A DNA stretch of 64,000 nt, taken from assembly GCA_002746645.1 (NCBI GenBank), contig PDPU01000010.1, positions 2,947 through 66,946 on the forward strand, in the 5' to 3' direction. The translations under genes were made by a program, and so were the position numbers. The notes beneath the pieces were generated by a model. The model saw only the letters and a list, made by a program, of their open reading frames with translations, was not told the origin of the DNA and searched no databases. This stretch comes from Gammaproteobacteria bacterium. GTDB taxonomy: Bacteria > Pseudomonadota > Gammaproteobacteria > Granulosicoccales > Granulosicoccaceae. Within the stretch, counting starts at the first letter, position 1. The number at the start of each line of letters is the position of its first letter. Of this stretch, positions 18,610 to 29,198 are shown piece by piece.

Positions 18610-19419
18610 TCAATCACTTGTTCCTGATTCTCCAGACTGCAATGCGATCCACGCCAGCGTCGCCATCCGCCCCGACCGTGCCCCGTCACGCCGATAGGAA
18701 TGGAAATCCTCCGCCTCGGTGAACGTGCAGTGCTGGCCACCGACGACATCGTCGACACCAAGCCGGGAGAGATCGGCGCGCGTGATGGCGTAGAGATCAC
18801 CAAGGTACTTCTCTGCGCCGTCCGCATTCGGCTTCTGCCTGAACGCCGCATCGAGCGAGGTATCGCGTCGAACGAAGGCAGCGCGCACTTCCGGCCCCAC
18901 TTCGAAGGCATCGGGCCCGATGGCCGGGGCGAGCCAGGCCTTGAGCGGCCCACGACCATCGAAGTGCCCGAGCACCTCATCGAGAATGCCGTCAGCAAGC
19001 CCGCGCCAGCCTGCATGCACGACCGCCACAGCCGTACCGTCGGCACTGGCAATCACCACGGGAAGGCAATCGGCCGTGAGAACGGCAATCACGATGCCGG
19101 GCTGGTCGGTATAGGCCGCATCGGCTTCTTCGCCGCCACCCGCCCCGTTCGAAAAGACCGCCACCGCCGTGCCATGCACCTGCCTGAGCCACCGCGGCTC
19201 GGCGGGCAGATGAAACGCGTCGACGAGTCGCGCCCGATTCGCCTGCACGGCATCGGCATCATCGCCCGTGTGGCGGCCAAGGTTCATCGAGTCCCAGGGC
19301 GGCTCGCTGACACCGCCGTGGCGTGTGGTGGACAGAACCGTGAGCCCGGGTGGTGGCTCGCGCCATTCGGGGGTCAGCACGACGGGCAGCGGGCTTCGGA
19401 ATCGAGCAGATCGGGTCAT
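18610..19419 (-). CDS. pgeF: Peptidoglycan editing factor / purine nucleoside phosphorylase PgeF (YfiH); start uncertain
   Basis: TTRHGGVS, NLG.H.GD, WLRQVHG, TADCLPV, HAGWRGL, SYRRDG..GRMA. Confidence 0.92.
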   Translation of the reverse strand: MTRSARFRSPLPVVLTPEWREPPPGLTVLSTTRHGGVSEPPWDSMNLGRHTGDDADAVQANRARLVDAFHLPAEPRWLRQVHGTAVAVFSNGAGGGEEADAAYTDQPGIVIAVLTADCLPVVIASADGTAVAVVHAGWRGLADGILDEVLGHFDGRGPLKAWLAPAIGPDAFEVGPEVRAAFVRRDTSLDAAFRQKPNADGAEKYLGDLYAITRADLSRLGVDDVVGGQHCTFTEAEDFHSYRRDGARSGRMATLAWIALQSGESGTSD

Positions 19420-19501
19420 CGTCGGAGCGGTTTTGCGTGAATGGGGAGTGGGGCAGCGTTGCTCCGTCATCGGTGCATGAAGCAATGCCTCGCCGGTCAC
19501 G

Positions 19502-20566
19502 TCAGTCGCTGGCCGCATCCAGCGCCGCCAGCAGGGCCCGGAAATCCTCGGGCGGCGAGGCCGTGAAGCTCACCACCTGCTCCGCATCGGGATGCACGAG
19601 CGTCAGTTCACGCGCGTGCAATGCCTGGCGCGGGAACCGGCGCAGGGCCGCGATGCGCGACAGCCGCGTCGGCAGATTGCCCGCACGCCGGCCATAGACC
19701 GGATCACCGATCAGGGGGTGGCCGATGTGCTGCATGTGCACGCGGATCTGATGGGTGCGGCCGGTGTCAAGCTTGCATTCGAGCAGCGCGCAGTCGCCGT
19801 AGCGGGTCATGACCTCGTAGTGGGTGACCGCCGCCTTGCCGCCGCTGACCACGGCCATGCGCTTGCGGTCCCGCGGGTGGCGCGCCATCGGCGCATCGAC
19901 GGTGCCACTGATCTGCGGATCGCCGAGAACGAGTGCAAGGTAGCGCCGGCCCATGCTGCGCGCCTGCAACTGGCGCACGAGATGTGTCTGTGCTTCGAGG
20001 GTCTTCGCCACCACGCAGAGGCCCGTGGTGTCACGATCCAGCCGATGCACGACGCCCGCCCGGGGCACCTCGCGCAGTGACGGCAGATAGTGCAGCAGCC
20101 CGTTGACGAGCGTGTCGTCGCGATGCCCGGCCGCGGGGTGCATGACGAGGCCCGCAGGCTTGTCGAGCACGAGGATGGCGTCGTCTTCATGAACGATGGG
20201 CAACGGCATGGCTGTGGCCACCGCGTCTTCGAGCCGCAGCGAGCCCTCGCCCAGCGCGCTTTCAGGCAGTGTGAGCGACAGGCATTCGCCGCCCGCGAGG
20301 CGCTGCTTGCCGCGCCCTGTCGCCCCGTCGACGGTCAGGTGCCCGGCCTCGATCCACGCCTTCAGACGCGCCCGCGAATGGCGCGGGAAGTGGCGCGCGG
20401 CCACGGCGTCGAGCCGCTCGCCCGCTTCGTGAACCGCGACGGTGACGGACTCCGGCGCACAGGCAATCCTGTCGACATCTGACGCGGCGCACGATTTCGT
20501 GGCTTCCGGCTCGCGGCTTGCGCCGATGGCCGGATCGCAATGGCTGTCGGGTTCGGAAGAATTCAT
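19502..20566 (-). CDS. rluD: 23S rRNA pseudouridine synthase RluD
   Basis: S4 domain, VHRLDRDTTG, GRTHQIRVHM, RQALHA; pgeF-rluD-bamD synteny. Confidence 0.93.
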   Translation of the reverse strand: MNSSEPDSHCDPAIGASREPEATKSCAASDVDRIACAPESVTVAVHEAGERLDAVAARHFPRHSRARLKAWIEAGHLTVDGATGRGKQRLAGGECLSLTLPESALGEGSLRLEDAVATAMPLPIVHEDDAILVLDKPAGLVMHPAAGHRDDTLVNGLLHYLPSLREVPRAGVVHRLDRDTTGLCVVAKTLEAQTHLVRQLQARSMGRRYLALVLGDPQISGTVDAPMARHPRDRKRMAVVSGGKAAVTHYEVMTRYGDCALLECKLDTGRTHQIRVHMQHIGHPLIGDPVYGRRAGNLPTRLSRIAALRRFPRQALHARELTLVHPDAEQVVSFTASPPEDFRALLAALDAASD

Positions 20567-20592
20567 GGTCTGCGGGGCGCTATACTCCGCCC

Positions 20593-21408
20593 ATGATAAA
20601 CTGCTTCCCGACAGTACGCCCGTGGGCGCGTGCGACGGCGCCTCGCGTCGCACTTGCCTTCCTTGTTGCCGCGAGCCTCGTGCTCGGCGCCTGCTCCTCC
20701 GGCAACTCGCGCTCGCGCGACGTGGCCGAAGCGGGCTCGGCGGAATCCCTGTACCTGATCGGCAAGCGCGCGCTCAATCAGGGCGACTTCCTGACCGCCA
20801 TTTCCACCTTCGAAGTACTGGGTGCGCGCTATCCCTTCGGCAACTTCACCCAGCAGGCGCAGCTCGACATCGCCTACGCCTACTTCCGTCAGGGCGAATA
20901 CGACAACGCCGTGGATTCAGCCAACCGTTTCATCAAGCTCTACCCGCGCTCGGAGCGGCTCGACTACGCCTACTACATCAAGGGCCTCTCGCACTTTTCA
21001 CGCGGCACCACGCTGTTCGAAGGCATGGTGCCACGCGACATGGCGCGGCTCGATCAGAGCTGGCTGCGCGCCGCCTACAACGAGTTCGACAACCTTGCCC
21101 GGCGCTTTCCGGACAGCGAATACGTTGAGGACGCCATCGCACGCATGCAGTTTCTGCGCAACGAAATGGCGCGTCATGAACTCGTCACTGCCCGCTTCTA
21201 CTACCAGCGGGGCGCCATGGTAGCCGTGGTCAACCGCGTGAACTGGCTGCTCGAGCACTACGACGGCTCCACCCACGTGCCCGACGCGCTGGCGCTCATG
21301 GCCGATGCGTACGAGGCGATGGGGCAGAGCGACCTGCGCGACGATACGCTGCGCGTGCTCGCCGAGACTCAGCCCGATCATCCGGCACTCGACAGGCAGC
21401 GCAGCTGA
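20593..21408 (+). CDS. bamD: Outer membrane assembly lipoprotein BamD
   Basis: Lipobox LGAC, RYPFG..TQQAQLD.AYAY, RF.KLYP....DYAYY.KGL; divergent from rluD. Confidence 0.92.
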   Translation: MINCFPTVRPWARATAPRVALAFLVAASLVLGACSSGNSRSRDVAEAGSAESLYLIGKRALNQGDFLTAISTFEVLGARYPFGNFTQQAQLDIAYAYFRQGEYDNAVDSANRFIKLYPRSERLDYAYYIKGLSHFSRGTTLFEGMVPRDMARLDQSWLRAAYNEFDNLARRFPDSEYVEDAIARMQFLRNEMARHELVTARFYYQRGAMVAVVNRVNWLLEHYDGSTHVPDALALMADAYEAMGQSDLRDDTLRVLAETQPDHPALDRQRS

Positions 21409-21508
21409 GCGGCTCCGCCGACAAACTGAAACCGCCTGTGAACTGAGCCTGCTCATGGCCTGAAACTTGCGGCTTCGCCCCCATCAACCAACCGATGGGA
21501 ACAGGGCC

Positions 21509-23125
21509 TTGAGCTCGCAAGCAGACGCCATCCGACTCGAAAACGTCACCACCAGTGGCCACGTGGCCGACTGGCCAGCGTTGCGCCTGTTCAATCAGTA
21601 CCGGCTACTGGTCCTGATTGCGCTGACGGCCGTGTACTACCTCGCGGGCGACAACCCGACGGTGGGCGGGCGCAACAACACACTCTTCGAAATCACCCAC
21701 TTCGCCTACTTCGTGGCGACCTTCGGTTTCGTGTTCCTGATCCACCGCCAGCAACCGAGCGCGCAGGTGCAGTTCTTCCTGCAGAGCTACCTCGACATGC
21801 TGTTCGTGGGCCTGCTCGTGTACGCGAGCGAGGGCGTGAACGGCGGCCTGGCCCCGCTCATGCTCATGAACCTCATGCTCATGACGCAGATGACGGGGCT
21901 GCGGCACGCACTGCTCTTTGCCGCGATCGGCAGCACGGTGCTGCTGGGTGAAGAACTCTACGCCCAGCTCATGCACGGCGAAGAAGCGACGAACTTCGAG
22001 GTCACCGCCCTTCTCGGCGCGCTGCTCTTCGCCATCGCCTGGGTCATGACCGTGCCGCTGCGGCACCTGACCGAACGACAGCTCACGCAGGCCACCGCCT
22101 CGCGCGTGGGACTTTCGGTGAAGCAGATCTCGCAACTGAACGAGGAAATCGTGCGCGAGCTTGACTCGGGCGTGGTGGTGCTCGACGAAGCGCACCACGT
22201 GCAGCTTATCAACGACACCGCCCGAAGCCTGCTTGCCTGCGAGTTCGAGAGGGTGCCGATGCCCGTGAAGAAGCTCTGCCCCGAGTTGCACGCGGCGCTC
22301 TTGCATGCCGAGGTGTCGAACCAGTACACGAGCCAGCCCTTCGAGATCAAGAGCAGCGGCCAGACGATCCTGCCCTACTTCATTCCGCTCTCGAACGGCG
22401 GCATGCTCGTCAAACTCGACGATCATGCACACATCCGTCAGCAGTTCCAGCAACTGAAACTCGCCTCGCTCGGGCGGCTGTCAGCGAGCATCGCGCACGA
22501 GATCCGCAATCCCCTAGGTGCGATTTCACAGGCCGTGCAGCTCATTCAGGAGTCGCCCGCCGTGCACCCGAAGGATGCCGAACTGCTCGACATCGCCAGT
22601 CGTCACACGCAGCGCATCAACCGCATCGTCGAGGACGTGCTGCAACTCTCCAACCGTCGGCGCGTGGCCTCGGAGAAGCTGCAGATGAATCGCCTTCTCG
22701 ACAGCTTCTGCAAGCGCTTCCGCAAGGAAAACCAGCTGGGGCCCGAAGAACTGGTCCTGCGCGTCACACCGGGGCTCGACGGCTTCTTCGACGCCAGCCA
22801 CCTCGACCAGATACTCTGGAACCTCTGCACCAACGCCCGCCTGCACAACGACGAGAGCGAGCTCACGATCGCGATCATTGCGCACCGGAACGAGATCAAC
22901 CAGTGCGTGATCGACGTGACCGACACGGGCCGCGGCATCAGCGACATCGACCGCGAGCGCCTCTTCGAACCCTTCTACTCGTCGCACGATCAGGGCACGG
23001 GGCTCGGCCTCTACATCATCCGCGAGCTCTGCGAACTGAACAACGGCCAGATCGAATGCCTGCCCTCGGAAATGGGCGCACACTTTCGCCTGACCCTTCC
23101 CACTGCCGGACAGATGGCCGCCTGA
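21509..23125 (+). CDS. pilS: Sensor histidine kinase PilS (start uncertain)
   Basis: Six TM segments, PAS-like region, LASLGRLSASIAHEIRNPLGAISQA, GTGLGLYI.RELC..N. Confidence 0.87.
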   Translation: MSSQADAIRLENVTTSGHVADWPALRLFNQYRLLVLIALTAVYYLAGDNPTVGGRNNTLFEITHFAYFVATFGFVFLIHRQQPSAQVQFFLQSYLDMLFVGLLVYASEGVNGGLAPLMLMNLMLMTQMTGLRHALLFAAIGSTVLLGEELYAQLMHGEEATNFEVTALLGALLFAIAWVMTVPLRHLTERQLTQATASRVGLSVKQISQLNEEIVRELDSGVVVLDEAHHVQLINDTARSLLACEFERVPMPVKKLCPELHAALLHAEVSNQYTSQPFEIKSSGQTILPYFIPLSNGGMLVKLDDHAHIRQQFQQLKLASLGRLSASIAHEIRNPLGAISQAVQLIQESPAVHPKDAELLDIASRHTQRINRIVEDVLQLSNRRRVASEKLQMNRLLDSFCKRFRKENQLGPEELVLRVTPGLDGFFDASHLDQILWNLCTNARLHNDESELTIAIIAHRNEINQCVIDVTDTGRGISDIDRERLFEPFYSSHDQGTGLGLYIIRELCELNNGQIECLPSEMGAHFRLTLPTAGQMAA

Positions 23126-24855
23126 TGCACACCGCGCTGATCATCGACGATGAAGCCGACATCCGGCAACTGATCGCGCTCTCGCTCGACCGCATCGGCA
23201 TCGATACGCATGTGGCGGCGAACCTTGCCGAGGCGCGCGAGCTGCTTCGCGCCTACCGTTTCGATGTCTGCCTGACCGACATGAAACTGCCGGACGGCAA
23301 TGGGGTGGATTTCGTGCGCGAGATCGTGAGCCAGCAGGCCAACCTGCCCGTGGCCGTGATCACGGCGCACGGGAACATGGACGCGGCAGTGGAAGCGATG
23401 AAGAACGGCGCCTTCGATTTCGTGTCGAAGCCAGTGGACATCGAACTGCTGCGCAAGCTCGTGAAACAGGCGGTGGCCCTGAATGCCGCGTCGGATGCCT
23501 CGGCCGCCGAAACGACAGAATCAGCGTCCGGTTGCGAGGAAGGCCAGCCCGACGATGAATACATCAACCCTGCCCCTTCACCCGCGGTTGCCGCGCCTGA
23601 CGAGGAGCAGCCACCCGAACGCAGGAACCACGCATCCGATGCCACGGTTGCGAATCATGCCATACCGGCCAGCGCATCAGCCGGCATCGCGATGGCCGCG
23701 GAAGACAAGCCCGTCCCGCACGAGCAGGCCAGCACAGTACAACTCAGGGGTGGCGAAAGACTCATCGGCCACTCCGCTCCCGTGGAAGACCTGCGGCGAC
23801 TGATCTTCAAGGTCTCGCGCACCAACGCGCCGGTATGGATCACCGGGGAATCGGGTACCGGCAAGGAACTCATCGCGCGGCTCATCCACGAAAACAGCCC
23901 GCGTGCCAACGGCCCCTTCGTCGCCATCAACTGCGGTGCGATTCCGGGCGAACTTGTCGAGAGCCAGCTCTTCGGGCACAGGAAAGGCAGCTTCACGGGC
24001 GCACACGCCGACCACGACGGATTCTTCAGGCAGGCCGAGGGCGGTACGCTGCTGCTCGATGAAGTGGCGGACCTTCCGCTGCACATGCAGGTGAAACTGC
24101 TGCGCGTGGCCCAGGAACGCATGATTCGGCCGGTGGGTTCGAAAGACGAATTCCCCGTGGACGTGCGAATACTCAGCGCGAGCTACAAGCATCTCGACGA
24201 TGAAGTGGCGGCCGGGCGTTTCCGGCAGGACCTCTTCTATCGACTCAACGTGATCACGCTGACCGCACCGTCGCTGTCGGCGCGCGGGGATGACATCCTG
24301 CTTATTGCCAGACACCTGCTTGCCAGACTGACGAACCGTTTCGGCCTGCCGGAGCCCCTGGAATTCTCAGGTGCAGCCGAAGCCGCGCTGCTTGCGCACA
24401 CCTATCCCGGCAATGTTCGTGAACTCGAGAACATCCTCGAACGTGCCGCGGCGCTGGTGGATGGCACCACGATCGAGGTTGCGGATCTCGGCCTTGATGA
24501 TCGAATCGCGCGTGCTGATGCCGTTGTGACGAATCAACACGTTCCGGACGCAGACGCACCATCGACTCCTGCCACCCACACGACAACACCGTCGGACCAG
24601 CGAAACACGAGCTCCTTCATGGCAAGCGGTCTGCGCGCACTCACGGCCAACAAGGCATCGCGTTCGGCGGCCAGTGACGACAACGGTGACGAGGCGACCC
24701 ACACCCGACGCACCAACGAACGCGACCGCATCCTCGATTGCCTACAGCGCCATCGCTGGAATCGCAAGGCCGCTGCCAAGGAACTGGGCCTGACCTATCG
24801 CCAGCTTCGCTACCGTATCGGGCAGTACGGACTGGATCGGGATACGGATGGTTGA
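23125..24855 (+). CDS. pilR: Sigma-54 response regulator PilR with long low-complexity linkers
   Basis: REC domain (DDE, LTDMKLPDG), [47 protein letters not shown]. Confidence 0.88.
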   Translation: MHTALIIDDEADIRQLIALSLDRIGIDTHVAANLAEARELLRAYRFDVCLTDMKLPDGNGVDFVREIVSQQANLPVAVITAHGNMDAAVEAMKNGAFDFVSKPVDIELLRKLVKQAVALNAASDASAAETTESASGCEEGQPDDEYINPAPSPAVAAPDEEQPPERRNHASDATVANHAIPASASAGIAMAAEDKPVPHEQASTVQLRGGERLIGHSAPVEDLRRLIFKVSRTNAPVWITGESGTGKELIARLIHENSPRANGPFVAINCGAIPGELVESQLFGHRKGSFTGAHADHDGFFRQAEGGTLLLDEVADLPLHMQVKLLRVAQERMIRPVGSKDEFPVDVRILSASYKHLDDEVAAGRFRQDLFYRLNVITLTAPSLSARGDDILLIARHLLARLTNRFGLPEPLEFSGAAEAALLAHTYPGNVRELENILERAAALVDGTTIEVADLGLDDRIARADAVVTNQHVPDADAPSTPATHTTTPSDQRNTSSFMASGLRALTANKASRSAASDDNGDEATHTRRTNERDRILDCLQRHRWNRKAAAKELGLTYRQLRYRIGQYGLDRDTDG

Positions 24856-25061
24856 CATCCCTGAGCGCCTGTCGTGGCCCGGGATGCCAAAACGAGAAGT
24901 ACTGATGGTTCCGTCAAGAAATGATGCACTGCGTCGTTGCCCGATGACAGTACCGATGTGGCAGTTTGTTGCACACGTCACCAACAGACCTGGTTGGCAA
25001 GTCTCGACAACCCATTGAAATATCGTGACTTACCTGGTCATGCCGCAGGCATTCCCGAATC

Positions 25062-25077
25062 TGGCACGCCAGATGCT
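25062..25077 (+). promoter_or_regulatory. Sigma-54 promoter of pilA
   Basis: TGGCAC-GCCAG-ATGCT (GG-N10-GC) about 90 bp upstream of pilA and downstream of pilR. Confidence 0.75.
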
Positions 25078-25165
25078 CTAAACCCCCTGTCCCCTCGGAC
25101 GATATCCAAGGGTGAGCTGGCTTGACATCGGCTCATCAAATATCTCAACTCTCTGGAGAGAATCA

Positions 25166-25618
25166 ATGGTTAAGGTTCAAAAAGGTTTTACCCTGATCGA
25201 ACTGATGATCGTCATCGCGATCATCGGTATTCTGGCAGCGGTTGCTGTTCCGCAGTATGGGCAGTATACGAAGCGTGCCAAGTTCGCGGACGTCATCACC
25301 CAGACAGCTGCTGCCAAAACTGCGGTGAATCTGTGTTTTCAAGAGGAAAACACTCTGGACAATTGCACCAATGGATATGGAACAATCCCCGATGATTTTA
25401 CAGGCGGCACAGGAAACGTTGCGTCACTGACCACCTTGAAAGGTGTTATCACGGCAACTGGCACCCCCAAAGTAGACAGCGCGGTATATAAAATCACTCC
25501 TACAAAAGGCACACATGGCCTGACTTGGACACTGGATCATGATAGCGCAACCAGCTGCGTCACACTCGGCCTCTGCAAGCCGACCCTTCCGAAAACTGCA
25601 GGTGGCGGCAACCCCTAA
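25166..25618 (+). CDS. pilA: Type IVa major pilin
   Basis: QKG|[24 protein letters not shown]; GGAGA RBS; C-terminal Cys pair. Confidence 0.93.
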   Translation: MVKVQKGFTLIELMIVIAIIGILAAVAVPQYGQYTKRAKFADVITQTAAAKTAVNLCFQEENTLDNCTNGYGTIPDDFTGGTGNVASLTTLKGVITATGTPKVDSAVYKITPTKGTHGLTWTLDHDSATSCVTLGLCKPTLPKTAGGGNP

Positions 25619-25645
25619 TCACTTGTAAGTAGCAAACGCAGTAAC

Positions 25646-25673
25646 AAAGATGCCCGGGTTTCCGGGCATCTTT
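25646..25673 (+). terminator. Terminator hairpin between the two pilin genes
   Basis: AAAGATGCCCGG-GTTT-CCGGGCATCTTT perfect 12-bp stem. Confidence 0.8.
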
Positions 25674-25724
25674 CGTCCAGTTCATACATTTACCTTGAAC
25701 ATCATCACGCGGAGCCTCCTACAA

Positions 25725-26141
25725 GTGTCAACGCATGCGCAAAGAGGATTCAGCCTTCTGGAGCTGATGGTGACAATAGCAATTGTAGGTGTGCTGGCTT
25801 CTTTGGCCATACCCCAATACGGCGCTTACACCAAACGGGCCAAGTTCGCCGAAGTGATCAGTGCAGCCAAGGCAAGAAAGACCGCAGTGTCGCTTTGCGC
25901 TAATGAAAATGCAACTTTTATCGGTTGCAGTGGTGAAAACATCACGTCCGGAGTACCCGAGAACATCACGCCGCCTGGCATCGGTTTGGTTCTGTCCGTC
26001 ACTACCGTTGATGGAAAAATTTCAGCACAGGGTCAAGCTGACGTTGATGGACACACATACATACTCACGCCGAGCTGGAACGATGACTCGATAACATGGA
26101 CAAGCTCTGGTACCTGCAAACCAGTCAGCTTCTGCAGATAA
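25725..26141 (+). CDS. Second type IVa pilin (PilA paralogue)
   Basis: GTG start; QRG|[35 protein letters not shown]; two Cys pairs; clearly homologous to the upstream pilin. Confidence 0.85.
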   Translation: MSTHAQRGFSLLELMVTIAIVGVLASLAIPQYGAYTKRAKFAEVISAAKARKTAVSLCANENATFIGCSGENITSGVPENITPPGIGLVLSVTTVDGKISAQGQADVDGHTYILTPSWNDDSITWTSSGTCKPVSFCR

Positions 26142-26231
26142 ATGACGATTTGTCAACAAGCTACGTTCGCTAAAGCCTCAGTTGATTCTGCCGAAACAGA
26201 CAACTGAAGCTACCTATCAGTGTATTGAGTC

Positions 26232-27932
26232 ATGAGCGAAAACACGAAAACCCGCCTTCCAGGTATTGCGAGACACCTTATCGGGTGCAAGCTCTTGGAT
26301 GAAGAAAGTGCTTTCGAGTTGGCCAGCAAGGCCAATAGTGACAAGGTTTCGTTTCTATCTGCAGCCGTAGAGCAACTCGACACAAAGCAGGTTGCGGAAA
26401 TATCCGCCAGAGACTTCGGCATGCCCTGTTTCGATCTGTCCTCGATCGATACAGACAGCCTTCCCCAGTCAGTGCTACAAGAAGAATTATTGAACGCTCA
26501 TGAAGCTGTTCCTCTGGTCGCCAAAGGCAACCGCCTTTACATCGGCATAGCCGACCCCACAAGCACCGAGGCAGCCGACAAGTACAAGTTCGCCTCAGGC
26601 ATGAGCGTCGAGACCGTCATTGTTGAACACGACAAGCTGCTGGAACTGAGATCGAAGGTACTCGAAGGCAATTCGGCCCTTGACGATGAGGCGCTTGACG
26701 ACAGCTTTGATCTCGATGTCGGCGATGACAGGGAAACCGAACAGGAGGTCGACAGCTCCGATCTGGACGACACACCGATTGTTCGATACGTGAACAAGGT
26801 CCTTCTTGATGCGATCAAGCGCGGGGCTTCGGATATCCACATCGAACCCTACGAAAAGCTGTTCCGTATTCGTTACCGCATCGACGGTATGCTGCAGGAA
26901 GTCGCCAAGCCGCCTCTGAACATGGCAGGTCGACTGACCGCGCGAGTCAAGGTCATGTCTCGAATGGACATTTCCGAACGACGCGTCCCGCAGGATGGTC
27001 GCATCAAGCTGAAACTGTCCAAGACCAAGGCAATCGACTTCCGTGTCAATACCTGCCCGACACTCTTCGGCGAAAAGACCGTACTGCGAATTCTCGATCC
27101 GAGCAGCGCACAGCTGGGTATCGACGCTCTCGGCTACGAGCCGGAGCAGAAACAACTCTATCTCGATGCTCTCGCGAACCCCTACGGGATGATCCTGGTA
27201 ACAGGCCCGACCGGAAGCGGCAAGACGGTTTCGCTCTATACGGGTCTGAACATCCTCAACGAGCCGAGCACCAACATTTCAACCGCGGAAGACCCGGCCG
27301 AAATCAATCTGGCGGGCATCAATCAGGTCAACGTGAACCCCAAGGCCGGGCTGACCTTTGCCGAAGCGCTGAAGTCATTCCTGCGTCAGGACCCTGACGT
27401 TGTCATGGTGGGTGAGATTCGAGACCTCGAAACCGCCAGCATTGCCGTCAAGGCAGCACAGACGGGCCACCTCGTCCTTTCCACACTGCACACGAACGAC
27501 GCACCGCAAACGCTGTCACGCCTCATCAACATGGGCGTTCCGGCATTCAACATTGCAACCGCCGTATCGCTGATCATCGCTCAGCGTCTCGGCCGCCGAT
27601 TGTGTGAGGCCTGCAAGGCTCCCGAGGATGACATTCCGAGACAAGTACTTCTGGAAGAAGGGTTCAAGGAAGAGGATCTTGACGGCCTCCAACTCTACAA
27701 GGCTGTCGGCTGCAGGAAGTGCAATGGTGGTTACAAGGGCCGCGTCGGCATCTATCAGGTGATGAAGATCAGCGAAGAGATCTCGAAGATCATCATGGAA
27801 GGCGGCAACGCCATCGACATTGCCGAACAGGCCAGGAAAGAAGGCATTCCCGATCTTCGCGAGTCTGCGCTGCTCAAGGTCAAACAGGGAATCATGAGCC
27901 TCGAAGAGGCCAACCGCGTAACAAAGGACTAG
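26232..27932 (+). CDS. pilB: Type IV pilus assembly ATPase PilB
   Basis: ASDIHIEPYE, GPTGSGKT, LRQDPDVVMVGEIRD, STLHTND, tetracysteine motif. Confidence 0.96.
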   Translation: MSENTKTRLPGIARHLIGCKLLDEESAFELASKANSDKVSFLSAAVEQLDTKQVAEISARDFGMPCFDLSSIDTDSLPQSVLQEELLNAHEAVPLVAKGNRLYIGIADPTSTEAADKYKFASGMSVETVIVEHDKLLELRSKVLEGNSALDDEALDDSFDLDVGDDRETEQEVDSSDLDDTPIVRYVNKVLLDAIKRGASDIHIEPYEKLFRIRYRIDGMLQEVAKPPLNMAGRLTARVKVMSRMDISERRVPQDGRIKLKLSKTKAIDFRVNTCPTLFGEKTVLRILDPSSAQLGIDALGYEPEQKQLYLDALANPYGMILVTGPTGSGKTVSLYTGLNILNEPSTNISTAEDPAEINLAGINQVNVNPKAGLTFAEALKSFLRQDPDVVMVGEIRDLETASIAVKAAQTGHLVLSTLHTNDAPQTLSRLINMGVPAFNIATAVSLIIAQRLGRRLCEACKAPEDDIPRQVLLEEGFKEEDLDGLQLYKAVGCRKCNGGYKGRVGIYQVMKISEEISKIIMEGGNAIDIAEQARKEGIPDLRESALLKVKQGIMSLEEANRVTKD

Positions 27933-29153
27933 ATGATGGCGACTAAAGCAGCAAGCTCGAACATCATGTTCGAGTGGGAAGGAAAGAACGCCAAGGGCGC
28001 AAAGCAGAAAGGGATCATTTCGAGCCCCAGTGCAGAGCTGGTCAAGGCCAGACTGCGCCGACAGGGCATCATCCCAACGAAAATCAGGAAGCAGCGCCAG
28101 ACTCTGGGGCGTGGCTCCAAGATCACACCGTCCGATATTGCTCTGTTCGCACGCCAGCTCACTACCATGATGGGCGCGGGTGTGCCCATGGTGCAGGCAT
28201 TCGAGATCGTCGGCAACGGTGTCGAAAACAAGGCCATGCGCGACATGATCGCGGATATCAAAACCGAGGTGGAATCCGGCAGCAATCTCACCAATGCACT
28301 TCGCAAACATCCCGAACAGTTTGACAATCTGTTCTGCAGCCTGACCGAAGCCGGTGAACAATCCGGTACGCTCGAATCCCTTCTCGGCGAAATCGCAACC
28401 TACAAGGAAAAGTCCGAATCGCTGAAGAAGAAGATCAAGAAGGCCATGTTCTACCCTGTTGCAGTCCTGATTGTCGCCTTCATCGTGACCGCCATCCTGC
28501 TGGTATTCGTGGTTCCGCAGTTCGAATCCTTGTTCGAGGGCATGGGCGGAGACCTGCCGGCGTTCACGCAAATGATCGTCCACGCCTCCGAGTGGATGCA
28601 GAAGTGGTGGTATGTCATGTTTGGCGGAATCGGCGTTGCGGTCTGGGGGTTCATCGAAGCGAAAAAGCGATCCAGGGCATTCTCCGAACTTCTGGACCGA
28701 CTTGCACTGAAAGCCCCGGTCTTCGGAGAAATCGTCGTCAAGTCCGCCATCGCGCGCTTTGCTCGCACGCTGGCCACCATGTCGAAAGCCGGTGTCCCGC
28801 TCGTTGAAGCCATGGATTCTGTCGCGGGCGTGGCCGGCAACTCCGTGTTCGAACGCGCGATTCTGAAGATGAAGGACGAAGCTGCCACCGGCCAGAACCT
28901 CCAGACGTCCATCCAGAACTCCGGCCTGTTCTCCAACATGGTCGTGCAGATGGTGGCAATCGGTGAGGAATCGGGCTCGATCGACGACATGCTGTCCAAG
29001 GTCGCCGACTACTACGAAGAAGAAGTCGACAACGCCGTCGATGCCATGACCTCTCTCATGGAACCGATGATCATGGCCTTCCTCGGTGTCGTCATCGGTG
29101 GTCTCGTGGTGGGCATGTACCTGCCGATCTTCAAGATGGGCGATGCGTTCTGA
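27933..29153 (+). CDS. pilC: Type IV pilus platform protein PilC
   Basis: FARQL.TM..AGVP, GE.SG.L, KKAMFYP, MYLPIFKMG. Confidence 0.95.
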   Translation: MMATKAASSNIMFEWEGKNAKGAKQKGIISSPSAELVKARLRRQGIIPTKIRKQRQTLGRGSKITPSDIALFARQLTTMMGAGVPMVQAFEIVGNGVENKAMRDMIADIKTEVESGSNLTNALRKHPEQFDNLFCSLTEAGEQSGTLESLLGEIATYKEKSESLKKKIKKAMFYPVAVLIVAFIVTAILLVFVVPQFESLFEGMGGDLPAFTQMIVHASEWMQKWWYVMFGGIGVAVWGFIEAKKRSRAFSELLDRLALKAPVFGEIVVKSAIARFARTLATMSKAGVPLVEAMDSVAGVAGNSVFERAILKMKDEAATGQNLQTSIQNSGLFSNMVVQMVAIGEESGSIDDMLSKVADYYEEEVDNAVDAMTSLMEPMIMAFLGVVIGGLVVGMYLPIFKMGDAF

Positions 29154-29198
29154 GGTCGTTTCGTTGCCGCCAATTCGATGAACGGCCATACTGCTGCC

